Positions 28,040-42,697 of a stretch of 64,000 nt of DNA are shown here, piece after piece; position 1 is the stretch's first letter; each line of letters starts with the position of its first letter. Source of the DNA: the human T2T-CHM13v2.0 reference genome, Homo sapiens. Location of the stretch: the NCBI RefSeq assembly GCF_009914755.1, contig NC_060932.1. The stretch is one strand, 5' to 3'. Made by a program: the position numbers and the translations under genes. Below the pieces are notes generated by a model, which saw only the letters and a list, made by a program, of their open reading frames with translations, had not been told where the DNA came from and did no database searches.

Positions 28040-29321
28040 CTGAAAGACAAAACTGCCCGAGGTTTTGGTTTGTTTTGTTTCTCCCCCTGCCCAAGAACCC
28101 ACCATGGTCCCTAGACTCTGCTGATCAGAATAGTTGCGCTCACTGACACAGCAGCAGAAGCAACCCCTGCCCAAGAGCCTGCAATGGTCCCTGGACCCTG
28201 CTGATCAGAATAGTTGCGCTCATCAACACAGCAGCAGAAACACTACTTTTCCTCCCAGACCACAAAGAGGACCAAGGAAGTTCGGATTTAGTGGCCCTTA
28301 CTGATGTATTCTCGAAAACCTGCACCCCTGCCTGTCCTCCTAGACCACAAAGAGGACCAAGAAAAATTGGATTTAGTGGCCCTTACCAACGCATTCTCGA
28401 AAACCTGTTAGAGTCCTAAGCATTCTCCTGTTAGCAATGGGACTTTACCCCTGTCCTATAAAGATGTTATGCCCCCAAAATGAAGTGGAGGGCCATACCC
28501 TGAGGGAGGGAAGGGATCTCCAGGGTTGGAAGACTGACATCTTTTGTCCTCACTTATATGAATAGGAAGGATACAATTTATCAGGTTCCCCATATCCTAG
28601 CTTCAAGAATAGCTTTTGTTAGGTCTGCTTGTCTGAGGTGGCATCCTAAAATTCCAGATAGTCCCCCCTAGGTGGGGCTTTGGGCAAAAATTATGTCTTT
28701 CTGATTGGCGAGATCAGGTGCCAAAAGAAGGTAACAGAGTCCTGGAGTTTGTACTAGAAATCATTCTTATAGGAGAAACTAGAAAAGCACCAGAGACAGG
28801 GAGTGGTTTTTAGAAGCGGAACTAGCCTCGGAGAAGAGAGGCGAGAGGAAGTTTATCTGGCAGGCATTAGGACCCAGGAGACAAGGGTCAGGGTAGATAG
28901 GATAGATGGGCGAGTCTTGCTTGGGTGACATGACTTTCAGAGTTCTGCTCATGGCCGCAGGGTCAACCAACTTGTTGTTGGGACCCTGGAGCTGAATGGC
29001 TTTCCTCTTTGTCGACCCTTGGCTCAGCCCAGAAGTACAGGAAAAGTGGAAGCTAGTTCCAGGCAAACCAACGCTCCCAAATCCGAAGAGTTGGGGGTTG
29101 TTAGAGAGCCCTTTCCCAGAAAGCCTCACCCCGTGTCTTTAGTCTGGTGGCAGCGCTAGTCGCTTTTCACTGGCCGACAGGTGCCCAATATTTAGCCCCT
29201 GAATTCTAAGGAAAAATAGGACAGAATAGCAAGCAAAAGGTGTCTGATGGTACTCACCACTTGGTGATAGGCAATAGTCTCACCACTTGGCGATAGTCTC
29301 ACCTCTTGGTGATAGGCAATA

Positions 29322-29339
29322 GTCCCTTCATGGTTGCCA
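29322..29339 (-). promoter_or_regulatory. Primer-binding site, tRNA-Arg type
   Basis: TGGCAACCATGAAGGGAC, 3 nt downstream of the 5'LTR end (...GGACACA). Confidence 0.85.
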
Positions 29340-29342
29340 AAA

Positions 29343-30546
29343 TGTGTCCAGAATTGGTGGGTTCTTAGTCTCACTGACTTCAAGAATGAGGCCGTGGACC
29401 CTCGCGGTGAGTGTTACAGTTCTTAAAGATGGTATGTCCGGAGTTTCTTCCTTCAGATGTTCAGATGTGTCTGGTGTTTCTTCCTTCTGGTGGGTTCGTG
29501 ATCTCGCTGACTTCAGGAGTGAAGCTGGAGACCTTCACGGTGAGTGTTACAGCTCTTAAAGGCAGCACGTCTGGAGTTGTTGGTTCCTTCTGGTGGGTTT
29601 GTGGTCTCACTGGCCTCAGGAGTGAAGGTGCAGACCTTCGCGGTGAGTGTTACAGCCCATAAAGTTAGCATGTCTGGAGTTGTTCATTCCTTCTGGTGGG
29701 TTCATGGTCTCACTGGCCTCAGGAGTGAAGCTGCAGACCTTCACGGTGAGTGTTATAGCTCTTAAATGCAGTGCAGACCCAAAGAGTGAGCAGCAGCAAG
29801 ATTATTGCGAACAGTGAAAGAACAAAGCTTCCACAGTGTGGAAGGGGACCCAAGGGATTGCTGTGCTGGCTCGGTAGCCTGCTTTTATTCCCTTATCTGG
29901 CCCCACCCACATCCTGCTGATTGGTCCATTTTACAGAGAGCTGATTGGTCCACTTTACAGAGAGCTGGTTGGTCAGTTTTACAGAGAGCTGATCTGTCCA
30001 TTTTGGCAGAGTGTTGATTGGTGCGTTTACAAACTTTTAGCTAGACACAGAGTGCTGATTGGTGCGTTTCCTATCCTTTAGCTAGACACAAAAGTTCTCC
30101 AAGTCTCCACCCGACCCAGAAGCCCAGCCGGCTTCACCTTTCAATGGCACTTGCTGCAGGACTTTGCGGCACATAGCCCGGGCACTCTGGCAGCCCAGAG
30201 GGAGCTCATCCCCTGATCAAGCCCAGCAGCTGGCAGCCCAGAGGGAGCTCGTCCCCTGATCAAGCCCAGCAGGCCCCGGCCAGCCCGAGTGCATGGCCCA
30301 CCTGCACCCACCCGGAACCCGTGCCAGGCCACGAGAACCACACGCAGCCCCGGCTCCTGCCTGCTCCTCTCCCTCCCCACCTCTCCACGAGCAGAGGGAG
30401 CCGGCTCCAGCCTCGGCCAGCCCCAGAGAGGGTCCCCCACAGTGCAGCGGTGAGCTGAAGGGCTCCTTGAGCATGGCCAGAGTGGACGCCAAGGCCGAGG
30501 AGGCACCGAGAGTGAGCAAGGGCTGCTAGCACGTTGTCACCTCTCA
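29343..30546 (-). repeat. HERV9 5' LTR (LTR12D-like, 1204 bp)
   Basis: TG...CA termini, tandem CCAAT (attgg) units at 29915-30065, AATAAAA TATA-like box near 29885, and about 115-bp U5 repeats at 29400-29770. Confidence 0.95.
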
Positions 30547-33500
30547 CAAGTACTTGTTTATTCCATTGTAATCTCTGCAAACTGTAAGATGTGGTCAGGA
30601 CCATGTCTTTCTTGTTTACCTAGTAACTGGCACATAGTATGTTCATTTGGTCCTTTGCATTTTCATTCATTTGACAGACACTTGTAGGGTACCCTCTATA
30701 GACCAAGATACTAGAGTTAATATAGGTAAAACTTTAGGCAGAAACTGAGAGGACCTGAAGATGAATAAAAGTAGATGGGAAAATTGTATTCACTAGATAA
30801 GCTGTATGCACGACAGCAATATGTCTCTCTTTAAGCCAAGAAGAAATATATCTGGCAGGCACAAAACCTTATTTATCTTTATAGCCTCTATGGTGGAATG
30901 GAATAGTAAGAGCCAGTGCTGGTTAGTGGAGGTTGGATGAAAGAACTAATAAATGGGACTAGGTTCTCAGCCTTCAGAATTCCTGTGTCTAATGTGGTAT
31001 TCCGAGCCTGGCCTTTTAAAGCTACTCTGGAACAGCTGACACCTAGTAGAATTCTATCTCCGTATTTGAGATTTTAACATTTATTTCTGGTCTGGGATGT
31101 TTAATCAAGGGGATGGGGAGAGGCTATTGCTACTCTGTTCTGTGTACCAAGTGGTCAAATGTTCTTAACTCTGTTTTCAAAAGTTTTGCTGTCTTGTTTT
31201 GAAACTGGAATTGAAGAGATGGCATACAAATGTGAGTGGGAAAGTGAATAAGCTAAGAAAAAAAGCAAAAGCCTACTGACACCAAAAAAATTATTAAAAA
31301 TTCATGACTCTCCTGAAAATTTGTGCTTATGGCCATACCACCTGGGGTTAAGGCTTGAGGGATTTCAATATCTGAAAAGTAGCTGGCCTTATAAACTGTA
31401 CTTGGTCTTATAAGTGTTTGAGAAAATTCTCCAAGGAAAAGCATGAAGTGCTAGAGGAATGTCTTGCGCAAAGAATCTTTCCTTAGAAATTTGGACTTAA
31501 AGAAACTGTCTTTCAGAGTAACACAGAATGGAGTATTAAGGAAGTGGCTATGGAGATAATTTCAGTCTTTCATGTGTTTAGTAAACTCTCCAAATCTTAA
31601 CTTGCAAAGGAACTGTCGCAGGCACTAGTCTGAATTGCAAAAGCCAAGGGCTTTGCCAAAGGCTTTGTGGTCTAATACATTTGGCTCCGGAAGGAGTATA
31701 AGACTTCTCTAGTTTGAGTACATAGGACGTTAGAGTGATTCCTGAACTACATATACTTTAAAAAGTAGATTTAGTAGCAGAGACCATTCAAATTCTGATT
31801 TTAATTATTCACGTGAATTCAAATGAATAGAAGATATAATTGGACACAAAATAGACGAGGATGTGAATCTCAAGGGTGCATGGCACTTAGGACTTGAGGC
31901 TAGATTCCAACTAGGAGAAAGGCTTTGAGGTAGGAATTGGGATGGTAAGATCAAAATTAAAACATTAATCCACAGAGCCAGTTAGAATGAGAGCTAACAT
32001 AAAAACTAAAAATGGTTGTGGCATGTGGGATAGTCACACAAATTGGAGAGATGATGTGGGGGAACCAGCAAAAGAGTGGTAATGTCAATAGGATGGCATA
32101 TGAGCCTACATGAATTTTGGAGTTTCAGGACTTAACTGGGATACTGGGCTCATTTAGGTATCTACAGCAGGATAAAAAGCAGACTTGTCCTAAATTGCTG
32201 AGCAAATGTTGTGAGGGTTCTCCAGGTTAGGGAGGGGCCTGTTTACCCTTCCTGTGATCATCCTACTTTATCCTCTGCTCACTTGGTATATAGTTCACTC
32301 TGTGGGTTGCTCTGTGAATGTATGGGAATGGTGAGATCTCACCCATGCAATCAATGGCAATTACTGATCATCTTGTCCTCATGCCTCCTCGACTTAGACT
32401 CTTTCTACTGGGCTCCAGTATTTACATTGCTGCCAGGAGCTCTTCCATCGCGGTGCTGCTTTGCCAATTTATCTTCCTGAGTCTGCAGTTCATGGCCTGT
32501 AACCTTCTTCTGGTGACTGGAATTACACAAGAAAATCAGGAACATTCATTTTTTACCTTTGTTGGAACCGACTGGGGTAGTGGTGGAAAGCCTCCAGTGT
32601 AGTCCTTCGACAAGCTGAGATTGAATCACTGACTGACTGCGAAAGAGCCCCCTTCTCCCCTCCTCTCCTGGGCCCTGATTGCAGGCAGGTCCCCCTTCAC
32701 TCAGATCCCCCAGTGTCGAAGGTCAGGGTTGGGGAGAGGGATAGAAATGAGGCAGTGATGAGTGATCAAGAATTAGGATGCCCTGGAGGTCACTCACAGG
32801 TTCTCACGGAGGCTCCACTGTGACCTCCCACGTGCGAGCACTTTCCTATCTCTGGTTTCTCCCCATCTGACCGGTGCTGGGTTTGGCTAGAGGGCGGCTG
32901 TAGAGTGCTCAGAAGCAGCGTGCCACGGGAATCACGTGTGGTCCAGCCCTCAGGTGGGAGAGAAGACCTTGTTGGCAGACGGATGGGGGCACGGGAATGA
33001 GGAAAGGGGAGGAGACAATCTTGGCAAAAAGTTTTTCTTTTCCATAATTACAGGGAACTAGGATTTTAAAAAAATTATTGTTATTATAATTATTATTATT
33101 GAGAAGAGGAAACCCAGGGCTGGCAGAGGGGAACTTCTCTGCTATTATCTTTCAGGTTTGACTCCTGGCACTGACTTTGATACTTGGAATTTTGAGGTTC
33201 AGGGACTTCAGAGAATTTGGCAGCACAGCGTATTGGGAGAAACGGAAATTTCAGGAGATGGATTGATCACCCTGGTTGACATGTTTCTGGAAGTGGGTGA
33301 GTGGGTTTGATTGAGAACATTTTGGGCTCTTGCACTGATGGTGGGAAAGAAAAATTCATGGCGGCACTTCTCATAATAATTCTCTCCCCTGAAAAGAAAG
33401 ATTATGATAAAGAATAATTTGGAATAATAAGTAACAAGATAGAATTAGAAAAATGTTGACTTTCCAGATGACCAGTCAGAAGTGTGGCTTTTTTCACATC

Positions 33501-35645
33501 TTTTTCTCCTGCAATGATCTGCTCCCAAGTGCTGCACTGCAATACCAGTCTAACTAACACTTTGTGAAACAAATTGTTAAGTGTGTATGTATGCATATCA
33601 AGCTATGCTCTGAGGATAAAGCAAGTTCTAATTTGTGGAAAAAGGATTAAGTATTTCTGTTTTCTGAAAAAGAAAAATGTAGAGTATCTTCCTATTGCTT
33701 CAAACCCTATACTTCAATATCCAATGTTCGATATCTCCATTAGCCCCATTGTATCTTTCACAATTCATCCCTCACTGCTTTCTCATGGGGCCTTCTATTC
33801 TAGCAAGGAAACATTTTCTTCTCCCCTCCCCCCTGTCATTTCTCCTTCTTTGGTAATGTTTTTCCATTTCTTCCCCTCCAATCCAAAGCCTCCGTTTCTT
33901 TCAAACTCATATATTAAGTTTTACCTGGTACAAGAAACATTTTTTGATTAAATTTACTTTACAGTGGTTTTAAGATTTTTCCAGAATAATCTTATAAACA
34001 TACCTGTAGCCTAAGAATTATTTACAAGTTGACTCATGTGTGTGTAGCTTTTTGCCCTAATTACAGTCTGAATTCCTGAGCAACATCCTTTACTTATTTT
34101 GTGTTTTGTTAAGCCTCAAATAGAAATGTGAATCCATAGGAGGCACTCAAGTAATGCTTACTCAACAGATGAAGACATCCTCCTGTACTACTATGGTCCC
34201 CTAACAGAGTGATAAGAATTGATTTTGTAAGAGAACAAATGTTTAGTTTTTATGATTCTTTGTTAACAAGGTATATATAATTTACATTGCTTGAAGTTAT
34301 AGTGTACTGTCTTAGTGTGGGAATATTAGGGTAAATAATTTTACTTTTACCAACATTTTTGTTCTTAACATCTAACTACTTGTCCCATTTATTTGGGGTA
34401 AGAAGGTCTTGGGTTGCTGTTTTGGTGGTTCTGTAGTATCACAGAGACTAATGAAATTGGACTGCATGTCAGCACAGGTGCATTTCAGGTTTATTCAATG
34501 TACCATCATCTTCCAAAACTAGATCTGTGGGTGGAGGAGCAGTGATTAATCTATGGAATGTTATTATAGGTGTATAGATAAACAGACCTGGAATGTAAAC
34601 TACTGCAGATGCCCAGGATTGGAACCACTTTTTTGTACACAGATGTCTTTTTTTATTATTGAGTCTTTGGTTTGGCAAAAAGTTGTTAAGTGGTCTTTTA
34701 TCAATGTCACTGGGGCTCTAATAACTTTTTAAGGGTGACCTGCTTCTGTGCCACAGATCTTATTTCCTTGTGTTTCAACTCAACAGTGAGTGTTCAATTA
34801 ATGACTGTTCTGCATAGTGAATGGAAAGTGTTTTGTTGAGAAGGACTTATTTTTCTTTCAAACCTGTAAGGATATAATGTGCCAGATGGTTAATTCCCAT
34901 GGGTTAATGAGTGTACCTACACACTTCATGATTGAAAATATCCTTCCGACGTTTTTCCTGTGGTGAAAGAATGGCTATAATTTTAATTTACATTTGTATG
35001 AAGTATACGTTTGCAGTTTTCTACTGATACCTGAAAAAATAGATTTCTATCATAATGTGTGAAATATATGCCACTTTAGTTATATAGTCTTCTGGTGTAT
35101 GGGGCGTAAATACTTTACAGAAATATAAGTTTTGATAAACTTTTAATATTACATTTTAATTATCACTCACATTTAACTTGGAGAGTAAGGACATAGCTTT
35201 CAATGTGTGTGTGGAAGGGGCAATTGTTAGCAGTATTCAAATGAATCATTCTTGTGTCTGTGTTTCAATAAGATTTATATTTTTAACTAAAGAAATTTCT
35301 TTACTTTGTAATGTCCAATTAATAGGCTAATAATTTATAGCCAGTTAAGAGGAAGGAAGTTCTTATAAGGCAGCAATGCTAAAATGCCCAAAGATTGGCA
35401 TAGGAAAAAAATTACATTTGAATCTCCTTTGAGAAAAGACCAAAATGAAAGCCATCACAATTTAAAATATTTTCAAGTAGTTGAGTAATGATAGTTTATA
35501 CATAGAGCTAAGTTTATATAATATTGTATGTTTTAGGGATTCCAGGCTATAAAGTGTGAACATAAAAACCTAAGAAACCCATAATACAAATTATACCAAC
35601 ACCCAACACATTTAGAGTTTTTTTTAAAAAAAGAAAAACATAAGT

Positions 35646-36035
<390 letters not shown>

Positions 36036-38091
36036 TTATATAGGCTATTAGCCACCTGTAGTTCATGCCTGCCGTGATCTCCGTAGCTGAGTAATTTACT
36101 CAAAAGTTGCATGTCTTCAAGGTCAGAGATAGCTTATCTCTATGTTCCAGAATCACTTCAAGTTTTACATCCAGACTCAACTCATGACAACCTGGACTGA
36201 CATCACTCCTTCTTTTGTAAGATGAGAATCATATGTCATCTTCTCATGCGTTGGAGACTGGGTAGGCAAATACATCTAACTTCATTCAGGGCACCCCTGA
36301 CCAAGCAATCTGTCTGTAGGGATGCTTGTTGGAGGGTTTCAGGTAACCAAGAAATGGGTAGGGTAAACTGAGGCAATTGCTGAAGATAGACAAACAACTC
36401 AAATAAATCTTGAGTATTTAAGGCAGTATGGGATGTCAAGTTCCCACATCATTTTGCATATGTAGAACAGGACTAACTTAAAATGATTAAAAAAATTATA
36501 GCCAGTGTCTTACATATCAGAGAGTAAAAGATAATGAAGGAATAATTTGAGACAAAGTCTGAGTGGGAAAATAAATAAAATGTATTAAGGCTTTTTTAAA
36601 ACAGAAAATAGATTAACGAAGAAATTAAGTGATTCTTCTAAACATTTTAACATACATACATTAAGGGGTGTACTAAGATAATTTAATAAGATAAAGTAAA
36701 ATCAAATAATGTTTAGACTAAAGCATAAGAAAAATACTTGAAGCTAGAGAACTTTAAACTTATAAAATGTCATTCAGAGCAAAATAAATGAAACTAGGTT
36801 TTTGGTATCCATTTAATGTTGGACTTTCAAAAAATGAGTGGTTAATAACTGGCTGAGGAGATAAAATTGGAAGTTCTGCAGTCTTTTGACTCACCTATAT
36901 CTCTCATATCATGTAAGAATCAATTCGCGTATCTGCAAAGAGAACACATTATGATATCAATGCTTTTTTCATAGTTTTACTTTGCATTTAAGACCAAAAT
37001 CAGATTATGGATATATCACATTAAAGAATCCATTTCCCTCTGGAGTCTGGCTATTTCACTCCAATTTTTTCAACTACTTTATTCCTCCTGTATTACATTT
37101 TACTTTTCCTTCACCTTTTTTTTTTCATCTGTACATTTCTTTGCTTCATCCAGTTCAATTTACTTTGCTAATGTTTGGAAAGAATATTATAACTCAATCT
37201 TCATGTAATGGTTTATAACCTCCTGATTTTGTGATCTTTTTAAAGGCTGTTATATTGACAAGTAAATTATACTTACTTTAGCCAACTGTATGTACTTATG
37301 TCACTTTAAATTTAACTTATCACTAGTTGTCAAAATCTCCCCTGTGGCCTTTTTAATGTTCCAATGTATTTGGCAGTATATTTTTTTATTGACATTTCAA
37401 TTTTATTTTGCCGTGTGCTAAAGTTACAAAAAAAAATGACTAAAAGTTAAACCCGGGCCAACCCAGACTAAAGTTAAGTTTTAGGAGTATTTGGGAATGC
37501 ATTATTTTTGTTGAATGCTTAAGCTTCTGAATCCACTAGGACTCAGAATGTATTCAGTCGAGATCTGGATGCTGAACTCTGGTGTTAGGCAGAAGAAAAG
37601 TAACAAGAGATCATCACCAAACAAGTCTGAGATTAAGATTTCCTTACCAGCTTTATGTTTTCTTGTTTGTTTTGTTGTCAGTAAAAGAAAACCCAACTCA
37701 TTTAAACATTTTGGCTTGTGAATACTTAACATTCTCCTTTAGTGCATTAATTACTATTTTGCCTAATTGTTTGTTTTGTTTCTTATTCCATGATCAATTT
37801 ATCCCAGATACTATAAATTGCTTTTCACAACCTTGTCTAGTGTGATTTCTGCTATCTTCTCCTGCACCTAGTACCAGGCATGGTGCCTCCTAGAGACTCA
37901 ATATGTTTAATGGCCTACATTGCTATGTCTCTTACATGACTAACTCACACATAAACATTACCATAAATAGAAACATAGATGGCAGACTACAGATTATGAT
38001 TTGTGTGTTTTTCACTTAATTTCGGAAAACACAAGCAAAGATCCTTTTGATTTGATACTTCTGTTGGCTAACTATACAGCAAGCTTCTTAG

Positions 38092-38305
38092 AGCTGCACA
38101 GCTCAGTACAGTAGCCACTAGACAAATGTAGCTATTTAAATTTAAACTGAATGAAAATTAAATGAAATTTAAAATTCAGCTCTTTCACCACACTAGCCAA
38201 ATTTTAAATGCTTAATAGCTACATGTGGCTGTTGGCTACCATATTGGACAGTGCAGATTACAGAACATTTCCATCATTTCAGAAACTTCTTTTGGGCAAT
38301 GCTGT
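38092..38305. mobile_element. hAT-Charlie MITE, MER3/MER33-like
   Basis: 'gtagccactag...tagctacatgtggctgttggctaccatattggacagtgcag...agaacatttccatcatt'. Confidence 0.75.
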
Positions 38306-40365
38306 CTTAGAATGTTATTTTAGAAGAATACCTCAAGTGGTTAATACAAATAATAATAATAATACAAATTTTTTCTTTTGCGATTTTGTATTCCTTTAGG
38401 AAATGTCAGCTAGCTCAGATCTACATATAGGCAGTACCATTCTCAGTGCTAAATAAATCAAAATAGTGTGAAATTGACTACCACCAGAATCACAGAGTAA
38501 GATTAAAATGCCAGGAGCTATTTTTGTTAAATGACTTTGTAATGGTTCTCCTGGATTTTTGTTCTGGCAGTCTCTATCAAGCACCAGTGTCTTTAGATAT
38601 TGGTTTGACCTGTATCTATGAGCTTGCTGTTGGACAATGAAGAACTTCATACATATAACATGTTTTCCCAGATATTCTGTTCTTAAGTGCAGAAGAAAAT
38701 CATTAGGAGTATTGGGAATAGATCTCTCATCTCCTTACCCCATGTCTCTTAGCTTCTGCAGCCAAGTGTTCAAAAGGAAGTGTCCTGGTATCTGCGTCTT
38801 TGCCTGAGGAGAGATTGATTTCCCAGTTTAGATTCATATCAGAAAGTTATGCTTCCTGCCAAAAGGATATTTAAAAACTCCACCCTCCCTGCTTCACAAA
38901 GAGAGAAAACAGATCAGCCAGGACCCAGACAGTAGATAACAAACAGATCACTCTAATTAGAAAAAAAGAGGCAGCATACAACAAACAGAGCCCAGCTACC
39001 TCTGGGCAGTAAGAAGAGTGAGACTTTAAGAGGCCTCTCGTTCATGCCCTTAAAATAACCTTTTAATAAGTTATACAGAAACATAAGATTAAGGGCCTCC
39101 ATAGGAAAAAGTGACTTTCAATTACAGACCAGCAAAAGCCTGGAAAAGTGTGAGATATTAAAAAGAACATCCAGAAGGAACCAGAACATAACCTGTTTGT
39201 TTTGCCAGATGAGCTGAAGAGTTTTCACGAAGTCTTGGTGAGGAGGAACTGGAAGTTGGTATCAGAATCTCACTGTTTTGTTGTTTATACTTATGTTACC
39301 ATTTCTAAAATGTTCTGCAGAACTGTTAACTACTACAGGAGAAAGTTTCCAAAGTTAATAATGTTAGGAAATATTGGATTAAATAAGATTAAATAAGTTT
39401 CAAAAATAATTATAAACTTATCAAGATTTGCTATGCTAATGTGTGTTGCAATTCTCTACAAAGCTGTGGAAGAGATAAAATATTTCTTAAGCTTCTGTAA
39501 TAAGTATTTGGAAATTTGGATAAAGCCCCAAGGCAGGAAAAAATTGGTGTTAAGTTGTTTCATATTATCGAGAGTAGTGACTAAACATATCGCCACAGGA
39601 CTTAAGGGGTAACAACAAGATGATGATGATGATAATGTGACCATTTAATGAATGCTTACAAAATTCTTATAACAGTAACTTGTGCGTAGTAAGTGCTCAA
39701 AAAGTAATTGCTACTATTATTTTGGGGTCTGATGGGGCTGTAGGGATAAAAGACACACTGAGACACTCTTGGCCAAGCAGAAGTAAGAATGCTGCATAAA
39801 CCCAAATGACATGAAGTCAAAGGTCACAGAGGGGCCTCACAGAGCCTGGAAGATTTGCTCATGCCTCAGCCAGTAATAATGGGAATGTCCCTTCCCACAG
39901 GTGAGGCTGAATGAAGTCCATGGATCCCTCAAAGGATTAATTATGAAATGGTGATCAGTCGTAGTGTACCTGACTGGTGAGGAAACAAGCCAGAGGCTGC
40001 ATCAAGAGGTGAGCTAGAGGACTATGGAAGTGTTAAATCTTGAAATCAAAATTAAACTCAGCTCTTGGCAGTAGTGAACAAGCTCTCACATTGTGATTTC
40101 AATATTGGAGCAAAATAAGTACTTCAGTATTTTCGTATTTATTTATCCAATACTAAAATAGCACAAGAAAAAAATCAAATAGAATCGCCATCATTTTCAA
40201 CTGCGATTTCTCATTTACTATTGCACTTGATAAGGAGTCTGTCCAGGGCACAGTCTTTGAGGCCTGAGTCCCCTGAGTGAGCAGAGCTTCGTCGGGGAGG
40301 ATGACCAAGGAAGCTTGTTTTGGTTAAGATAAATATTATTAAAGGAGGAATGAGCGAGGCCCTAA

Positions 40366-41043
<678 letters not shown>

Positions 41044-41689
41044 AAAAAGCAAGTGAAGCAGAAGGGCCCTGAGGGAATTCAGCTCTGGAATAAAGGAAGA
41101 TTTTGGGCCTCATGAGAAGGTTGAGAATTGGGCCCAAGAAACTTCATCTCCATGTTCCTCCTCTCCTAACACCTCAAACATATTTTCCCTCCTGCTTTCA
41201 GTATTCTCTCCCACCTCCATGCTAAAACCACTCCATCAGAGACCTTGGAATTGATTGTGGCCCAAATTAACTCTGGGGAAATAAAAATGAATTATAAACA
41301 TGAAAGATTCCCAATTAACCTAAGAAATGGAAATTAAAATAGTAAGCTAACCCAAAAAGACTTTAAACACATGAAGGATCCATGGATCTATTTATTTGAT
41401 ATGTTCAGAATACTTTCAAAATGAGGGCAAATTTCTTGGAATCAAAACATTACTGTAGGTAATGATTCTGTAGGTAAGGCTCATGGCATACATAATTTGG
41501 GTTTTAGATTTCTCAATATACAGAAAATATAACATGGTACCAATAAGAATAATGATATTTTGGGACTTAAAAATAACGTGAATATAGAACAGTAAAAATG
41601 AGTGTTGCAGTTGCTTCCACAACTGTCACTGGATAATCATTGAGTAAATGGTAAAGTCCTTCTCTGTATTTTCTGTAATATTCTTGTGC

Positions 41690-42697
41690 TTTGTAACAGT
41701 TATCTCTTGCTGCATAACAAACCAACCCAAGCCATGGTATCTGAAAATGTCAACAAATTATTGCTTATATTGATTAGGTAGTTCTTTTGCTGTAATTGCC
41801 TAGTTCATACATGAGCTACAGTTGAGACAGACGAGCTGGCTGGTTTTCTGTTTTGATATTGTCTGGAGAAAAAGAACAAAGGCCCCTTAACTCAACCTGT
41901 ATCTTACTTCATCTACAGCCAATCAGCATCAAAGGCCCAAGAAACTATTAACCACAAGTTCCTGGTTTTGGGGCTAGGGACTTCACCGAGGACCTGAATG
42001 CACAGCTAGGCTTAAGCTTCAACTCACAGTGATCTTTTTTCTCATTTTAATGCTAAAAATCATACTCAGAGGTGGAGGTTTAAAATGTTAATGTTACATG
42101 AATTGTATGAAGAAGCATGTAAAGCCACTGTGCAAGTGCTAGAGAAATCCCTCCTATCCATGCCCCAGTGAAATCGTTTTCTGTAGAATAGGACCTATAA
42201 AACTAACACATAGTCTACGCTCAGGACACAGCCCTCTGTTTACCTTCCATGGTGCTGCCTTTCCCTGTGCACCAGCTAAATGAAGCTTTCTCTTTTTCTT
42301 TGCTGCTGTGGCTGGTGATCTCTCTTGATTTCTATCCTGGGAGATTACAAGAACACCAATAACAGACTCAGTGTGGGGGATCAGGCTAAATGGCTGGGAT
42401 GGTTGTAATGGTTGGGACTCTCTCCACATGGCCTCATGTCCCTGGAGTCTTCACAGCATGGTGGTCCCAGGTTCCAAGGCAGCAAGGGTAGAAGGTAGAA
42501 GATCTTTTCAGGTAAAGGTTTGGAAGTCATACAGCATCACTTCCACCACATTCCATTAATCAGAGAGGTCACAAACCCAGCCCAGATTCAAGACGGGGGA
42601 AATAGACTCTACTCAATGAGAGAGAGGTGGCAAAGCTAGAGTCACATGTTTAATAAGAAAGGGACTTTGTGGTCATCTTTGCAAATAATCTACCACA
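41690..42697. mobile_element. MLT1-type LTR interrupted by a MER54/MER74-like ERVL LTR (about 41853-42365)
   Basis: MLT1-like ends ('tgtaacagttatctcttgctgcataacaaac', 'ttccattaatcagagaggtcacaaacccagcccagattcaag...taatctaccaca'). The inner element has a TATAAA box and a ...taaca end. Confidence 0.6.

Larger units (their letters stand above)
22320..30546 (-). mobile_element. HERV9 (ERV9) defective provirus with LTR12-family LTRs
   Basis: Order on the minus strand: 5'LTR, PBS, leader, gag, pro-pol, env TM remnant, PPT, 3'LTR. Both LTRs start TGAGAGGTGAC. Confidence 0.97.

Noticed and set aside
28085-29325. Tandem ~80-bp, ~85-bp and ~26-bp repeats in the ERV leader, superficially array-like
   Set aside because: These are ordinary HERV9 leader duplications with no spacer structure; not CRISPR-like.
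29400-30065. ~115-bp U5 repeats and ~22/40-bp CCAAT repeats
   Set aside because: Standard LTR12 architecture.
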